NCBI GenBank assembly: GCA_905612265.1
Contig: CAJQRI010000015.1
Coordinates: forward strand, 1-59,322
DNA from: an uncultured Nitrospinota bacterium
GTDB taxonomy: Bacteria > Nitrospinota > Nitrospinia > Nitrospinales > VA-1
Length of the DNA stretch: 59,322 bases
Reading direction: 5' to 3'
In this document: positions 1-9,327 of the stretch, piece by piece
Layout of the letters: the number at the start of each line of letters is the position of its first letter
Position numbering within the stretch: position 1 is the stretch's first letter
Translations under genes and position numbers: made by a program
Notes under the pieces: generated by a model
Database searches by the model: none
What the model saw: the letters and a program-made list of their open reading frames with translations, nothing else
What the model was told of the DNA's origin: nothing

Positions 1-1
1 G

Positions 2-628
2 ATTTCCAAGGTCCAAGCTGTGGACTACACGAAAGAAATCATTCTTATTGATGATTACTCTACAGATGGAACACGAGATGTCTTGAAAAAGTATGAGGGC
101 CAGGAAAATATTCAGGTTCTTTACCATGAACACAACAAAGGTAAAGGTGCCGCATTGCGCACTGGTTTTTCCAAAGCCCAAGGGGATATCATCATCATTC
201 AGGATGCTGACCTTGAATACGATCCCGTCGACTACGGAATATTGCTTGCACCTATTCTTGATGGACGGGCCGATGTGGTATATGGGTCTCGGTTCCAGGG
301 AGGAACTCACCGGGTATTGTTCTTCTGGCATTATCTTGGCAACAAATTTCTAACCACCCTATCGAACATGTTTACCAACCTGAACCTGACCGACATGGAA
401 ACTGGCTATAAGGTTTTCACAAAAAAAGTGAACGACACCCTGACCTTCAAATGTGATCGCTTTGGATTTGAACCCGAATTCACCGCCAAAGTTGCAAAAA
501 ATAAATTCCGGGTCTATGAAGTCCCCATCTCATACAGTGGTAGAGACTATTCAGAAGGAAAGAAAATCACATGGAAAGACGGCTTTGCCGCCATCTGGTA
601 TATTTGTAAATATAGATTCACGAATTGA
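2..628 (+). CDS. Family-2 glycosyltransferase (polyprenyl-phosphate hexosyltransferase-like), 5' end outside window
   Basis: The frame stays open to base 2 ([24 protein letters not shown]...), so the GTG at 20 in the ORF track is probably internal. GT-A hallmarks are present: DDxSTDGT loop, NKGKGAAL and QDADLEYDP (DxD-type). Confidence 0.85.
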   Translation: MSKVQAVDYTKEIILIDDYSTDGTRDVLKKYEGQENIQVLYHEHNKGKGAALRTGFSKAQGDIIIIQDADLEYDPVDYGILLAPILDGRADVVYGSRFQGGTHRVLFFWHYLGNKFLTTLSNMFTNLNLTDMETGYKVFTKKVNDTLTFKCDRFGFEPEFTAKVAKNKFRVYEVPISYSGRDYSEGKKITWKDGFAAIWYICKYRFTN

Positions 629-638
629 TTCGTTCCGC

Positions 639-1037
639 TTAACACTCTTCCAGCCGCTCGCCACAATGCGGGCAAATCTCATCCTGCGCATACACTTCTC
701 TTGCACAGCCTGAGCAAACTTGAACACTTTCTCGCTCTTGCAGTAATCGTCGAGCTTCATCTGCATCTTCCTTCAGTGTCCAAAGCCGGACCTTCATCAG
801 ATCTGCAACCGGCGCGGGCTCTGCGTGAAAAGATATATTTTCCAATTGGCAGGGAATTCCCTCGCTTTCCAGAAAACCCCGCATAATATGAGCCTTGGCT
901 TCGTTCAAAACCGTGCAAAGGATGACCAAATCAAGGGCCTCCTTTTGTGCTGTTGATAGCACAAGCTCTATATTGCACAACGGACAACGAAAATGTGTGC
1001 CGGGAAACGTTTCATTACACTTCGGGCAATTCTTCAT
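639..1037 (-). CDS. DUF2007-like (PII-fold putative signal-transducing) protein flanked by two CxxC zinc ribbons
   Basis: 132 aa. N-terminal CPKC-x12-CPLC and C-terminal CSGC-x10-CPHC pairs. The central LVILCTVLNEAKAHIMRGFLESEGIPCQLEN...KVRLWTLKEDADEARRLL matches the DUF2007 pattern from memory. Confidence 0.7.
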   Translation of the reverse strand: MKNCPKCNETFPGTHFRCPLCNIELVLSTAQKEALDLVILCTVLNEAKAHIMRGFLESEGIPCQLENISFHAEPAPVADLMKVRLWTLKEDADEARRLLQERESVQVCSGCAREVYAQDEICPHCGERLEEC

Positions 1038-1147
1038 ATTAATATTCTATAGCATTTCAAAAGACTAATGAAACAAGTTGATCGCCACCTAAGTTATCCC
1101 TGCTTGATATAATTTTTAGAGCAGATAATAACCTTATTGAAATTAGC

Positions 1148-1548
1148 ATGAAGCCCCTGGCCCATATAACATGAAATGTATTCAAGCTACGTAAAATAGA
1201 TCGTATTATAGGATTTTATCTTTATGGTAGGTTTAACGAGCTCATTGCCAGTATCGATGCTGCGCTAGTCGATGGCCAGAGTTATCATAGCTTTTATTTA
1301 GTTATAAAACCGGGAGAGTTTCTTTATGTAAGTGGGGAAATAGTGGTCCTGCCTGTTGAAATCTGTGAGGTGAAAGACTTAGGGGAAGTAAAAACTGAGT
1401 GGGGGAAAGAATCCATGCTGAGCGCACCTCTCTCATCGATATCACAAACCTGAAAACTATAGAGGAAGAATTGATACGTGATCATTATGCCCTGCCTCTT
1501 AAAAAACCAGCGAGATTGATCATTCTAGAAATCGAGAACTTGTTCTAA
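1148..1548 (+). pseudogene. Decayed ORF of unknown family (in-frame TGA at 1172-1174 plus an apparent frameshift near 1435-1445)
   Basis: ATG at 1148 gives MKPLAHIT, then TGA, then the same frame stays open for 92 codons (NVFKLRKIDRIIGFYLYGRFNELIASIDAALVDGQSYHSFYLVIKPGEFLYVSGEIVVLPVEICEVKDLGEV...) to 1453. A second frame continues protein-like (DITNLKTIEEELIRDHYALPLKKPARLIILEIENLF) to the TAA at 1546-1548. There is no canonical start after the TGA. Confidence 0.3.
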
Positions 1549-2624
1549 ATGCGCTTCAATAATCGATGAACTCCCTCATAAACATCTTTCACCGTAATGT
1601 CTTCAAGGCAATAAGGCTTATTAAGAGGAGAAGGTTTACACTCCTTAAAAAATTTCTGCCTGCATGGGGAACAGGAAAAATTCCGCGTCACCACTTCCTG
1701 GTTTTCCGGGGCCATATAAGCACCGGTCGACTCCGAGCTCCCTGGTCCAAAAATCGCTAAGACTGGAATCCCGACCATTGAGGCAAGATGCATCATTCCA
1801 CTATCATTGCCAATGAACATTTCGCTTTTTCTTAAAAACTCTAACAACACCCTTAAGTTAAGGGGAGGAATAATCTTGATCGTGTCTGGTGGACAAAAAA
1901 CTTTGATCCGGTTCAGCAATTCCGATTCCTTTTCATTACCTAAAAGAACCACCCTTTTACCATCTTCTTTAATCAGCTTCTGACACAAGATACCAAATCT
2001 CTCGGCATGCCAGCCTCGTTCTACTTTCGAAGTCCCTGGGTGCAGAGCAATAAATTTCTCACCGTCATCCAAATCCATACTAAGCATGACTTCTCGAATT
2101 GACCTATCCCCTTCTTGTGCATTGAGTGAAGCAAATTTACTGTCAGGAGCATACATTTTTAGAGATGAAAAAATTTTGAAATAATATTCAACACGGTATT
2201 GCGCCTTTTTTAAATGAGTAGTTGTAGTAACAGGGTGGGTGAGCAGAATATCTCTCGCATCGGTGTTATAGCCTAAACGACATTTCGCACCTGTCAGGCT
2301 TAAAAGAAAAGCCGATCCAAAGGAATTGGGAAAAACCGCTCCAACATCTAAACTATATTTTTTCAGGCTACGGGCAAAACCAACCTTTTGCCAAAATCCA
2401 ATTTTCGGCCCGGAAGGTAAAATTAAAACGGTATCAATAGCAGGATGCCCAAGAAGCAGTTCATAGGAGGGAGATTTTGCGACAACAAAAATACGCGCCA
2501 CAGGGTAAGCGCGACGCAAAGATTGTATTACTGGTAACGTCAACACCACATCGCCAATCCAGTTGGGCATCCATAGCAAAAAACTTTGGATGTCCTGACT
2601 GTAAAGAGGACGTATTATATCCAT
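1545..2624 (-). CDS. waaF: ADP-heptose:LPS heptosyltransferase (GT9), RfaF/WaaF-like
   Basis: 359 aa. It has the GT9 N-terminus WMPNWIGDVVLTLPVIQSLRRAYP, PNSFGSAFLLSLTGAKCRLGY and the C-terminal GNDSGMMHLASMVGIPVLAIFGP block. The resemblance to E. coli RfaF is recalled from memory. Confidence 0.8.
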   Translation of the reverse strand: MDIIRPLYSQDIQSFLLWMPNWIGDVVLTLPVIQSLRRAYPVARIFVVAKSPSYELLLGHPAIDTVLILPSGPKIGFWQKVGFARSLKKYSLDVGAVFPNSFGSAFLLSLTGAKCRLGYNTDARDILLTHPVTTTTHLKKAQYRVEYYFKIFSSLKMYAPDSKFASLNAQEGDRSIREVMLSMDLDDGEKFIALHPGTSKVERGWHAERFGILCQKLIKEDGKRVVLLGNEKESELLNRIKVFCPPDTIKIIPPLNLRVLLEFLRKSEMFIGNDSGMMHLASMVGIPVLAIFGPGSSESTGAYMAPENQEVVTRNFSCSPCRQKFFKECKPSPLNKPYCLEDITVKDVYEGVHRLLKRI

Positions 2625-2753
2625 AACCCATAGCCGTTAAAGGTTAGCATGCGGTGTAACCACCACTGGGAAATTGTAATTTCGCGGTTATGCATCCATT
2701 CATTCTCTCGACTTGAAGAGTTATCAGCTAATTTTCACCGGGTAGAACTTGAT

Positions 2754-4010
2754 TTATTTAATTCTTTTTATTCGAGCACCCAGATCGGAAAGCTTTTGTT
2801 CCATGCTCACATATCCACGGTCAATATGATAAACACGAGAAATAATGGACTGACCTTTTGCTCCGAGAGCTGCTAGCACCAGTGAGGCACTGGCACGGAG
2901 GTCTGTGGCCATCAAAGGAGCACCCGAAAGGCCTTGCACTCCATTGATGGTCGCCGTATTTCCATCGAGCGTAATATCAGCTCCCATCCTTTTTAATTCC
3001 GCAACATGCATGAACCGGTTCTCAAACACGGTCTCCATGATAATACTCTGCCCACGTGACAAAGTCATCAACGCCATGAACTGAGCCTGTATGTCAGTGG
3101 GAAACCCTGGATAAGGATGCGTTCTGGCATTGATCGCTTGCAATGGACGCCCACCGCGAACTAGGATTGAGGAGTCTTCGACTTCAACATCTACTTGAGC
3201 TTCCTGAAGCTTTAGAATAATGGGTTCCAAATGTTGCGGTATGCAATTCTCAATCAATACTTCTCCCTCTGTGATAGCCGCTGCGATCATATAAGTACCT
3301 GCTTCAATGCGATCAGGAAAAATGTGGCATTCTATCGGCTGCAACGATGAGACCCCTTGAATGGTGATCATATCGGTGCCTTGTCCTTCAATTTTAGCTC
3401 CAGCCTGATTCAATATATCCGCGAGGAATACAACCTCGGGTTCCTTGGCTGCATTTTCTAGAATGGTTTCCCCAACCGCGAGAGATGCTGCCATCATAAG
3501 GTTAGCCGTACCTGTAACTGAAACCGTATCAAAATAAAACTGCGTTCCCCTAAGGCCGCCATCGACAGTGCCATGCACATACCCCTTTTCCAGCCATACC
3601 TTCGCTCCCATTGCTTCCAATCCCTTAATATGGAGATCAATGGGTCTCGCTCCTATGGCACACCCTCCCGGCAGAGAAACTCGGGCCCGGCCTAACTTAG
3701 CCAACAAAGGCCCAAGAACCAGACAAGAAGCTCGCATTGTAGAAACCAGGTCATATGGCGCTTCCGTGTTGTTTGCGTTAGACGTATCCAAAACAATTTT
3801 TTCATTGCGATTACTTTCGACTTTCGCTCCCAAATCTTTAAGCAGCTGAATCATGGTAGCTACATCACGAACTTTTGGAATCCCGTCGATAATATTTCGT
3901 CCGCGAGTCAGAAGTGTTGCCGCCAGAATAGGAAGCACCGCGTTCTTAGCTCCGCTTATCCTGACAGAACCCCTTAAAGGTTGCCCACCTTCTATAACAA
4001 TTTTATCCAT
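2754..4010 (-). CDS. murA: UDP-N-acetylglucosamine 1-carboxyvinyltransferase
   Basis: 418 aa. MDKIVIEGGQPLRGSVRISGAKNAVLPILAATLL, the active-site loop LPGGCAIGARPIDLH and the C-terminal YHIDRGY are all present. Confidence 0.97.
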   Translation of the reverse strand: MDKIVIEGGQPLRGSVRISGAKNAVLPILAATLLTRGRNIIDGIPKVRDVATMIQLLKDLGAKVESNRNEKIVLDTSNANNTEAPYDLVSTMRASCLVLGPLLAKLGRARVSLPGGCAIGARPIDLHIKGLEAMGAKVWLEKGYVHGTVDGGLRGTQFYFDTVSVTGTANLMMAASLAVGETILENAAKEPEVVFLADILNQAGAKIEGQGTDMITIQGVSSLQPIECHIFPDRIEAGTYMIAAAITEGEVLIENCIPQHLEPIILKLQEAQVDVEVEDSSILVRGGRPLQAINARTHPYPGFPTDIQAQFMALMTLSRGQSIIMETVFENRFMHVAELKRMGADITLDGNTATINGVQGLSGAPLMATDLRASASLVLAALGAKGQSIISRVYHIDRGYVSMEQKLSDLGARIKRIK

Positions 4011-4896
4011 TCAAAGTCCTCTTGCGAGCCAACACAACCCTGTCATAACCACAATAATCTTGAACCACTTGAATATCGTGATAGTCTAAACAACTTTCCA
4101 TTAAAGTGACCACAGTTGCGGCTTGAGTATGCCCGATTTCAAAAGCCAGCAAACCACCTTCTTCCAGTTGCGCCAATGCTCTTGGAATAATAAATCGGTA
4201 ATAGTCCAAACCATCGCGACCACCATCCAAAGCCAGAACCGGTTCATATTGCCGGACCTCTGGCATACACTCTGACAATTCTTCTGATTCAAGATAGGGG
4301 GGATTAGAAACAATAAGATGATAAAGCCCTTGCCAGTCAGCCTTCATCATGTCTGCAGACATGAAACGAATCCGATCTGCCACAGCATGACGCAAGGCAT
4401 TATTTTTCGCGACTTCCAAAACTGATTTTTCAATCGCCGTGACTTGGCTTTGAGGAATTTCTTTAGCCAAAGTAATTGCCAGGATTCCCGACCCGGTACC
4501 AAGGTCTAGAATTTTTAACGGTGAGGAATTTTTTGCCAAGGCTTTCAAACATTGCTCAACCAGAATTTCCGTTTCTGGCCGGGGTGTCAGAACTTTTTCA
4601 TTCACTGAAAATTTGAGTGACCAAAATTCTTGGACTCCGGTAATGTGACAAACAGGTTCGCGTAAAACTCTTCTCTCTACTTTAGAACAAAAATTTTCCT
4701 CCTCAACTTGACTCAAAACCCGAGCCGGGTATGTAATCAATTCCGTTCTTGTTATGTTGAGAGTCACCGCCATTAAAACTTCCGCATCCAACCGTGGCGA
4801 TGCAACCTCTGCTTGTATAAGTTTATGCTGAGCCCAATTTAGAAATGAGGTAAGAGTTTGACAACGGACCGTTTTTGCGGCTGCAAGAACCTCCAC
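4003..4896 (-). CDS. prmC: Release-factor glutamine N5-methyltransferase
   Basis: 297 aa with the SAM motif ILDLGTGSGILAI and the catalytic IVSNPPYL. A GTG start lies immediately after the prfA stop, and the 3' end overlaps the murA start by 8 nt. The prfA-prmC synteny is conserved. Confidence 0.93.
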   Translation of the reverse strand: MEVLAAAKTVRCQTLTSFLNWAQHKLIQAEVASPRLDAEVLMAVTLNITRTELITYPARVLSQVEEENFCSKVERRVLREPVCHITGVQEFWSLKFSVNEKVLTPRPETEILVEQCLKALAKNSSPLKILDLGTGSGILAITLAKEIPQSQVTAIEKSVLEVAKNNALRHAVADRIRFMSADMMKADWQGLYHLIVSNPPYLESEELSECMPEVRQYEPVLALDGGRDGLDYYRFIIPRALAQLEEGGLLAFEIGHTQAATVVTLMESCLDYHDIQVVQDYCGYDRVVLARKRTLNG

Positions 4897-4897
4897 C

Positions 4898-5962
4898 TTA
4901 TTCTCCTTTCAGAGCCAGTGTTTGGAAATGAAGCGTTAGCGCGTCAATGATCTCAATAAGATCTCCCTCCATAATTAGAGATAGCTTATGCAAGGTCAGG
5001 CCGATCCTGTGGTCGGTCACTCGCTCTTGAGGATAATTATAAGTGCGAATACGTCCACTGCGATCACCAGAGCCGACTTGCAGCTTTCGTTCGCTGGCCA
5101 TGGACTCCTGTTTTTTTCTTTCTTCTTCGTCATACAAACGAGCTCTTAAAACCTTCATCGCTTTTTCCCGGTTTTTATGTTGTGACTTTTCATCCTGACA
5201 AGTCACAATCATTCCTGTGGGAATAAAAGTTAAACGGACCGCTGAATCTGTGGTGTTGACACTCTGCCCACCTGGCCCCGATGAACGGTAGACATCTATT
5301 TTTATATCCGTCGGATTAATCTTGATGTCCACATCCTCAACCTCCGGCAAAACGGCAACCGTTACCGCAGAGGTATGAATCCGTCCCTGGCTTTCTGTGT
5401 CTGGAACTCGTTGCACTCGATGGGTGCCGCCTTCATACTTCAGCTTGCTATAAGCCCCTTTACCCAAAATGCTAAAAATAACTTCTTTAAAGCCGCCTTT
5501 AGTAGACAGACTGGAACTTAAAATTTCCACCTGCCAATTTTTCTCCTCAGCATATCTTGAGTACATGCGGAATAGGTCATTTGAAAAAAGCCCCGCCTCT
5601 TCACCTCCTGTACCAGCACGGATTTCCACAATAACATTGCGGTCATCGCGAGGGTCCTTAGGGAGCAATAGAACTTTCAGATCTGCGACCGCTTTTTCTT
5701 TTTGCGTTTCCAAGTCGGCAAGATCTTCCTTAGCCATTTCAACTATTTCCTGATCTTGCTCTTCCTCTAGAATCTTTCTATTTTCTTCCAATTGCCTGGT
5801 GATTTTTTGCCAGTCTTGAAACCGGAGAACGATGGGGCTCAGTTCAGATTGCTCTCGGGCATACTTCTGGAACGCGGTCTGTTGGGAAATAATCTTGGGG
5901 TCACTGAGAAACTTATTGAGATCGTTATAACGCTTCTCAACTGATTTCAGTTTGTCAAACAT
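4898..5962 (-). CDS. prfA: Peptide chain release factor 1
   Basis: 354 aa with the GGQ motif ([17 protein letters not shown]) and the RF1-type PxT tripeptide context ([14 protein letters not shown]). Confidence 0.98.
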   Translation of the reverse strand: MFDKLKSVEKRYNDLNKFLSDPKIISQQTAFQKYAREQSELSPIVLRFQDWQKITRQLEENRKILEEEQDQEIVEMAKEDLADLETQKEKAVADLKVLLLPKDPRDDRNVIVEIRAGTGGEEAGLFSNDLFRMYSRYAEEKNWQVEILSSSLSTKGGFKEVIFSILGKGAYSKLKYEGGTHRVQRVPDTESQGRIHTSAVTVAVLPEVEDVDIKINPTDIKIDVYRSSGPGGQSVNTTDSAVRLTFIPTGMIVTCQDEKSQHKNREKAMKVLRARLYDEEERKKQESMASERKLQVGSGDRSGRIRTYNYPQERVTDHRIGLTLHKLSLIMEGDLIEIIDALTLHFQTLALKGE

Positions 5963-6022
5963 GTGTGGTTTCTAGTAGAACCCCGGAGGAATCCGGGGAA
6001 GTGGAAAAGAAGATGAACGGGC

Positions 6023-6265
6023 TTATTGAGGAATCGCTGTTTCTTCCGTATTACTTGAAGCAGGCTGAACCTTAGCGTATTTACGTTTGAATTTTTCAAT
6101 ACGACCAGCAGTATCCATAAGTTTCTGCTTCCCGGTGAAAAAAGGATGACATTTGGAACATACCTCCACATGAAGGTCTTTCAGGGTTGTGCGGGTCTGC
6201 ACTTCGCTTCCACATGCACATCGTATTGTGGTTTCAAAATATTCAGGATGAATGCTGTCTTTCAT
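6023..6265 (-). CDS. rpmE: 50S ribosomal protein L31 (zinc-binding type A)
   Basis: 80 aa: [22 protein letters not shown]...[16 protein letters not shown]. The CxC...CxxC ligands are retained. Confidence 0.96.
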   Translation of the reverse strand: MKDSIHPEYFETTIRCACGSEVQTRTTLKDLHVEVCSKCHPFFTGKQKLMDTAGRIEKFKRKYAKVQPASSNTEETAIPQ

Positions 6266-6281
6266 TATCTCAATCTCACCG

Positions 6282-7541
6282 TCAGGAGTTCATAGTCGCC
6301 AGAAATTCAGCGTTGGTTTTAGTTTCTTTAATCTTTTGTAAGAGAAGATCCATCGTATCATGGATGCCCATTGGGATCAAAACTTTTCTCAATAACCAGA
6401 CACGCTGGAGGTCTTCTTCCGGCAAAAGGAGCTCTTCTTTTCGAGTCCCAGACCGGTTAATATCGATTGAAGGATAGGTTCTCTTGTCTGCCAGTTTTCG
6501 GTCGAGGACAATTTCTAGGTTACCCGTTCCCTTAAATTCTTCAAAAATAACATCATCCATACGACTTCCCGTATCAATAAGAGCTGTGGCAATGATTGTC
6601 AAGCTTCCACCTTCCTCCAAGTTCCTGGCAGCACCAAAAAATCGCTTCGGCCTCTGCAGAGCATTGGAATCCACACCACCCGACAATACTTTTCCGCTAG
6701 GAGGAACGATGGCGTTATAAGCTCGGGCCAAACGAGTAATACTATCGAGAAGAATGACAACATCTCGCTTGTGTTCTACCAATCTTTTGGCTTTTTCAAT
6801 AACCATTTCCGCGACTTGCACATGTCTTTGCGCCGGTTCATCGAAAGTAGAACTGATTACCTCACCTTTAACTGAACGTTCCATATCGGTCACTTCTTCA
6901 GGTCTCTCATCAATGAGTAAAACGATCAATGCTACTTCCGGGTAATTCGTGCTTATGCTGTTAGCAACAGACTGCAACAACATGGTCTTACCGGTTCTCG
7001 GCGGAGCTACGATCAACCCGCGTTGGCCCTTACCAATAGGGGTCATCAAATCCATCACTCGGGCACTGTAATCTTTGCCACCCGGCGTCTCCAACCTAAT
7101 CCGCTCCTCGGGATACAATGGTGTCAGGTTGTCGAATAAAATTTTATCCTTGGTCTTATCTGGGTTCTCAAAGTTTATCGCCTCCACCTTCAACAGTGCA
7201 AAATATCGTTCGCTGTCTTTAGGTGGGCGAATTTGCCCAGAAATAGTATCGCCTGTGCGCATATCAAATTTTCGAATTTGAGATGGCGACACATAAATAT
7301 CATCAGGACCTGGAAGATAATTGTAAGTCGGTGCTCGAAGGAAACCGAAACCATCCGGGAGAATTTCGAGTACTCCCTGACCAAACATTAAACCGTCTTT
7401 TTCTGTCTTGGCTTCCAAAATCCTGAAAATCAGGTCCTGCTTTCTAAGCCCACTGTGGCCCTGAATTTTTAGGTCCTTGGCAATGTTTGTGAGTTCCGAT
7501 ATTGTTTTAGCCTTGAGTTCTTCTATATTCATTTGGGTCAT
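6282..7541 (-). CDS. rho: Transcription termination factor Rho
   Basis: 419 aa with an N-terminal [17 protein letters not shown] helix, an RNA-binding OB domain (GFGFLR), the Walker A motif APPRTGKT and the C-terminal [25 protein letters not shown]. Confidence 0.98.
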   Translation of the reverse strand: MTQMNIEELKAKTISELTNIAKDLKIQGHSGLRKQDLIFRILEAKTEKDGLMFGQGVLEILPDGFGFLRAPTYNYLPGPDDIYVSPSQIRKFDMRTGDTISGQIRPPKDSERYFALLKVEAINFENPDKTKDKILFDNLTPLYPEERIRLETPGGKDYSARVMDLMTPIGKGQRGLIVAPPRTGKTMLLQSVANSISTNYPEVALIVLLIDERPEEVTDMERSVKGEVISSTFDEPAQRHVQVAEMVIEKAKRLVEHKRDVVILLDSITRLARAYNAIVPPSGKVLSGGVDSNALQRPKRFFGAARNLEEGGSLTIIATALIDTGSRMDDVIFEEFKGTGNLEIVLDRKLADKRTYPSIDINRSGTRKEELLLPEEDLQRVWLLRKVLIPMGIHDTMDLLLQKIKETKTNAEFLATMNS

Positions 7542-8276
7542 GGTTTGTGGCTTCTTTGAGGGAGGTTAGGAATGTTTTTTTTGCATTTAGTTACGCCCTT
7601 GTAATGGATCTCAGGTTCAAAGGCGGGGAAGATTCAGTAATAACTTGGGTGTTTTTATAGTATTGCAGAGCACGTCCTATAATTAATAGCGAAAGCACGG
7701 ACAAATTCAGTCTGCTATTGTTTGTTTTTCAGGAATTTTTGTCTGGGAGCTTTTAGAGCTAATTTACTGTATCCAGTTCCCAACATTTTGTCAACTCCTT
7801 TTATCCCCTTATAATTTTGGCCTTGGTGTCAGTATTTCGCTTCTAAACCATATTTTCTTAATAAGTTAAAACCACTGCGGAATAATTCCTCAACAATGCT
7901 TATCCCATTCAGTTTTTTCTGCTCATATTTATTTGTTTCCTAAAATTTTATAATGCATCAATTATTATGACTCTATGTTTTCTTCAGAAAGGGTTTTACC
8001 AAAACAATACATGGTCATACCAATAGTTTTTTTGGAAGGGTGCTTTCAAATTATCACCTTACTCACATCCAATGTAGGCTCTGCTAGTAATAAAACCCTA
8101 TTCTTATCTTTCTCTTTATTTGGTGTTCCTTTGTTCATCATCCTCATATATCGCTATGGTAGAGTTCTATTTGACTATGTCGATCCGGGAAGGCAGAATA
8201 GCCGATGATTGTATCAATTTAATATTGGATTAATCCTTTTCAGAAATTTATTTTTCAACCCAGTAAGGACCCTTTC

Positions 8277-8693
8277 ATGGCAACAACGAAGAGCAAGCGA
8301 GACGATACCAGCCAGTGTGAAAAATGCCTTCCGGCTTATTGTTGCAATTATTTTGCATTTGGGATTGATGTCCCCGAAGACAGACGTGACTATGAAAGTC
8401 TATTATGGAAGATTGCACACGAAAACGTTTCATTTTATATCTACCGTAAAGACTGGTACATCATGATTCATAGTAGGTGCAATTTTTTAATGCCGGATAA
8501 TAAATGCGCAATCTATGAAGATCGGCCCTACATGTGCCGCGAACACAGTACGGAATCCTGCGAATACACCGGTGACGACTATGGCTTCACCGAGCACTTC
8601 AAGAGTTATGACGAACTTTTGACTTATATCAAGATAAATACGAACTTCAGGTTTAAGCAGAAACTAACAGGAATACCTCCAAACTGTCTTTAG
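8277..8693 (+). CDS. YkgJ/UPF0153-family cysteine-cluster (zinc/iron-chelating) protein
   Basis: 138 aa with CEKCLPAYCCNYF (CxxCxxCC) plus RCNFLMPDNKCAIYEDRPYMCREH. A good SD (AAGGA) lies 9 nt upstream of the ATG. It is the only plus-strand gene between two minus-strand blocks. Confidence 0.8.
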   Translation: MATTKSKRDDTSQCEKCLPAYCCNYFAFGIDVPEDRRDYESLLWKIAHENVSFYIYRKDWYIMIHSRCNFLMPDNKCAIYEDRPYMCREHSTESCEYTGDDYGFTEHFKSYDELLTYIKINTNFRFKQKLTGIPPNCL

Positions 8694-8745
8694 ACGCCGG
8701 GGTGTGACACTAAAATTACTAGTTGTTTGATGGGTTTTGACCACT

Positions 8746-8766
8746 CCACCGGGCAAAGCCCGGTGG
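8746..8766. terminator. GC-rich hairpin between convergent genes (putative bidirectional terminator)
   Basis: CCACCGGGC-AAA-GCCCGGTGG forms a perfect 9-bp stem, 10 nt past the rplQ stop and about 50 nt past the plus-strand gene's stop. There is no clear U-tract on either side. Confidence 0.45.
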
Positions 8767-8775
8767 TAAGGGGGA

Positions 8776-9285
8776 TTACTTCTCTTCTTTTTTAGAATCT
8801 TCTTCCTTTTTTGTTACCGGTGTTTCTCTCGACTCAGATTTCTTTTTTTCTACTACTTTTGGTTTGCTGTCCTTTGCTTCTTTTTTCGGCTCAGCTTTTC
8901 CTTTAGCAACGGGCTTTGCCTCATCCCCTTCGCGATCTACCAGTTCGATAAATGCCATTGGAGCATCATCCCCTTTGCGGTGGCCGATACGAATAATTCT
9001 AGTATATCCACCAGGACGGTTAGCATAACGCTCCGCAAGAGGTCCAAATACTTTTTGCACGGCATCCTTAGCGGGAACAAGCTTAAAAGCCTGACGCCGA
9101 GCGTGAAGAGTACCTCTTTTGCCTAACGTGATCGTTTTTTCTACCTTGCCTCGCAGTTCTTTAGCTTTAGCCAAAGTAGTGCTGATGCGCTCTCTTTGAA
9201 TAAGAGCCCCTACAAGGTTCCTGAACAATGCTTTTCGATGAGCAGAGGTTCGTCCAAATTTTCTACCTGCTTTTAAATGCCGCAT
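8776..9285 (-). CDS. rplQ: 50S ribosomal protein L17 with a Lys/Glu-rich C-terminal tail
   Basis: 169 aa: [24 protein letters not shown]...[25 protein letters not shown], followed by about 50 aa of K/E-rich low complexity. Confidence 0.97.
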   Translation of the reverse strand: MRHLKAGRKFGRTSAHRKALFRNLVGALIQRERISTTLAKAKELRGKVEKTITLGKRGTLHARRQAFKLVPAKDAVQKVFGPLAERYANRPGGYTRIIRIGHRKGDDAPMAFIELVDREGDEAKPVAKGKAEPKKEAKDSKPKVVEKKKSESRETPVTKKEEDSKKEEK

Positions 9286-9327
9286 GGTTGATTATCACTC
9301 CTGTTATGACTTCACCAAGTTGAACTA

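Noticed and set aside
1172-1174. In-frame TGA as selenocysteine, or evidence of a reassigned genetic code
   Set aside because: TGA clearly terminates conserved genes in this window (secE at 38844-38846, leuS at 49212-49214). I see no convincing SECIS-like hairpin right after it, and the same frame is also broken by a frameshift further on. A pseudogene is the simpler reading.
7560-7975. Housekeeping ncRNA (RNase P RNA, tmRNA, SRP RNA, 6S) hidden in the rho upstream spacer
   Set aside because: I found no conserved signature motifs on either strand (RNase P GAGGAAAGTCC-type, tmRNA tRNA-like end with GGTTCGA T-loop plus CCA, SRP GGAA tetraloop helix). 6S RNA cannot be excluded by eye.
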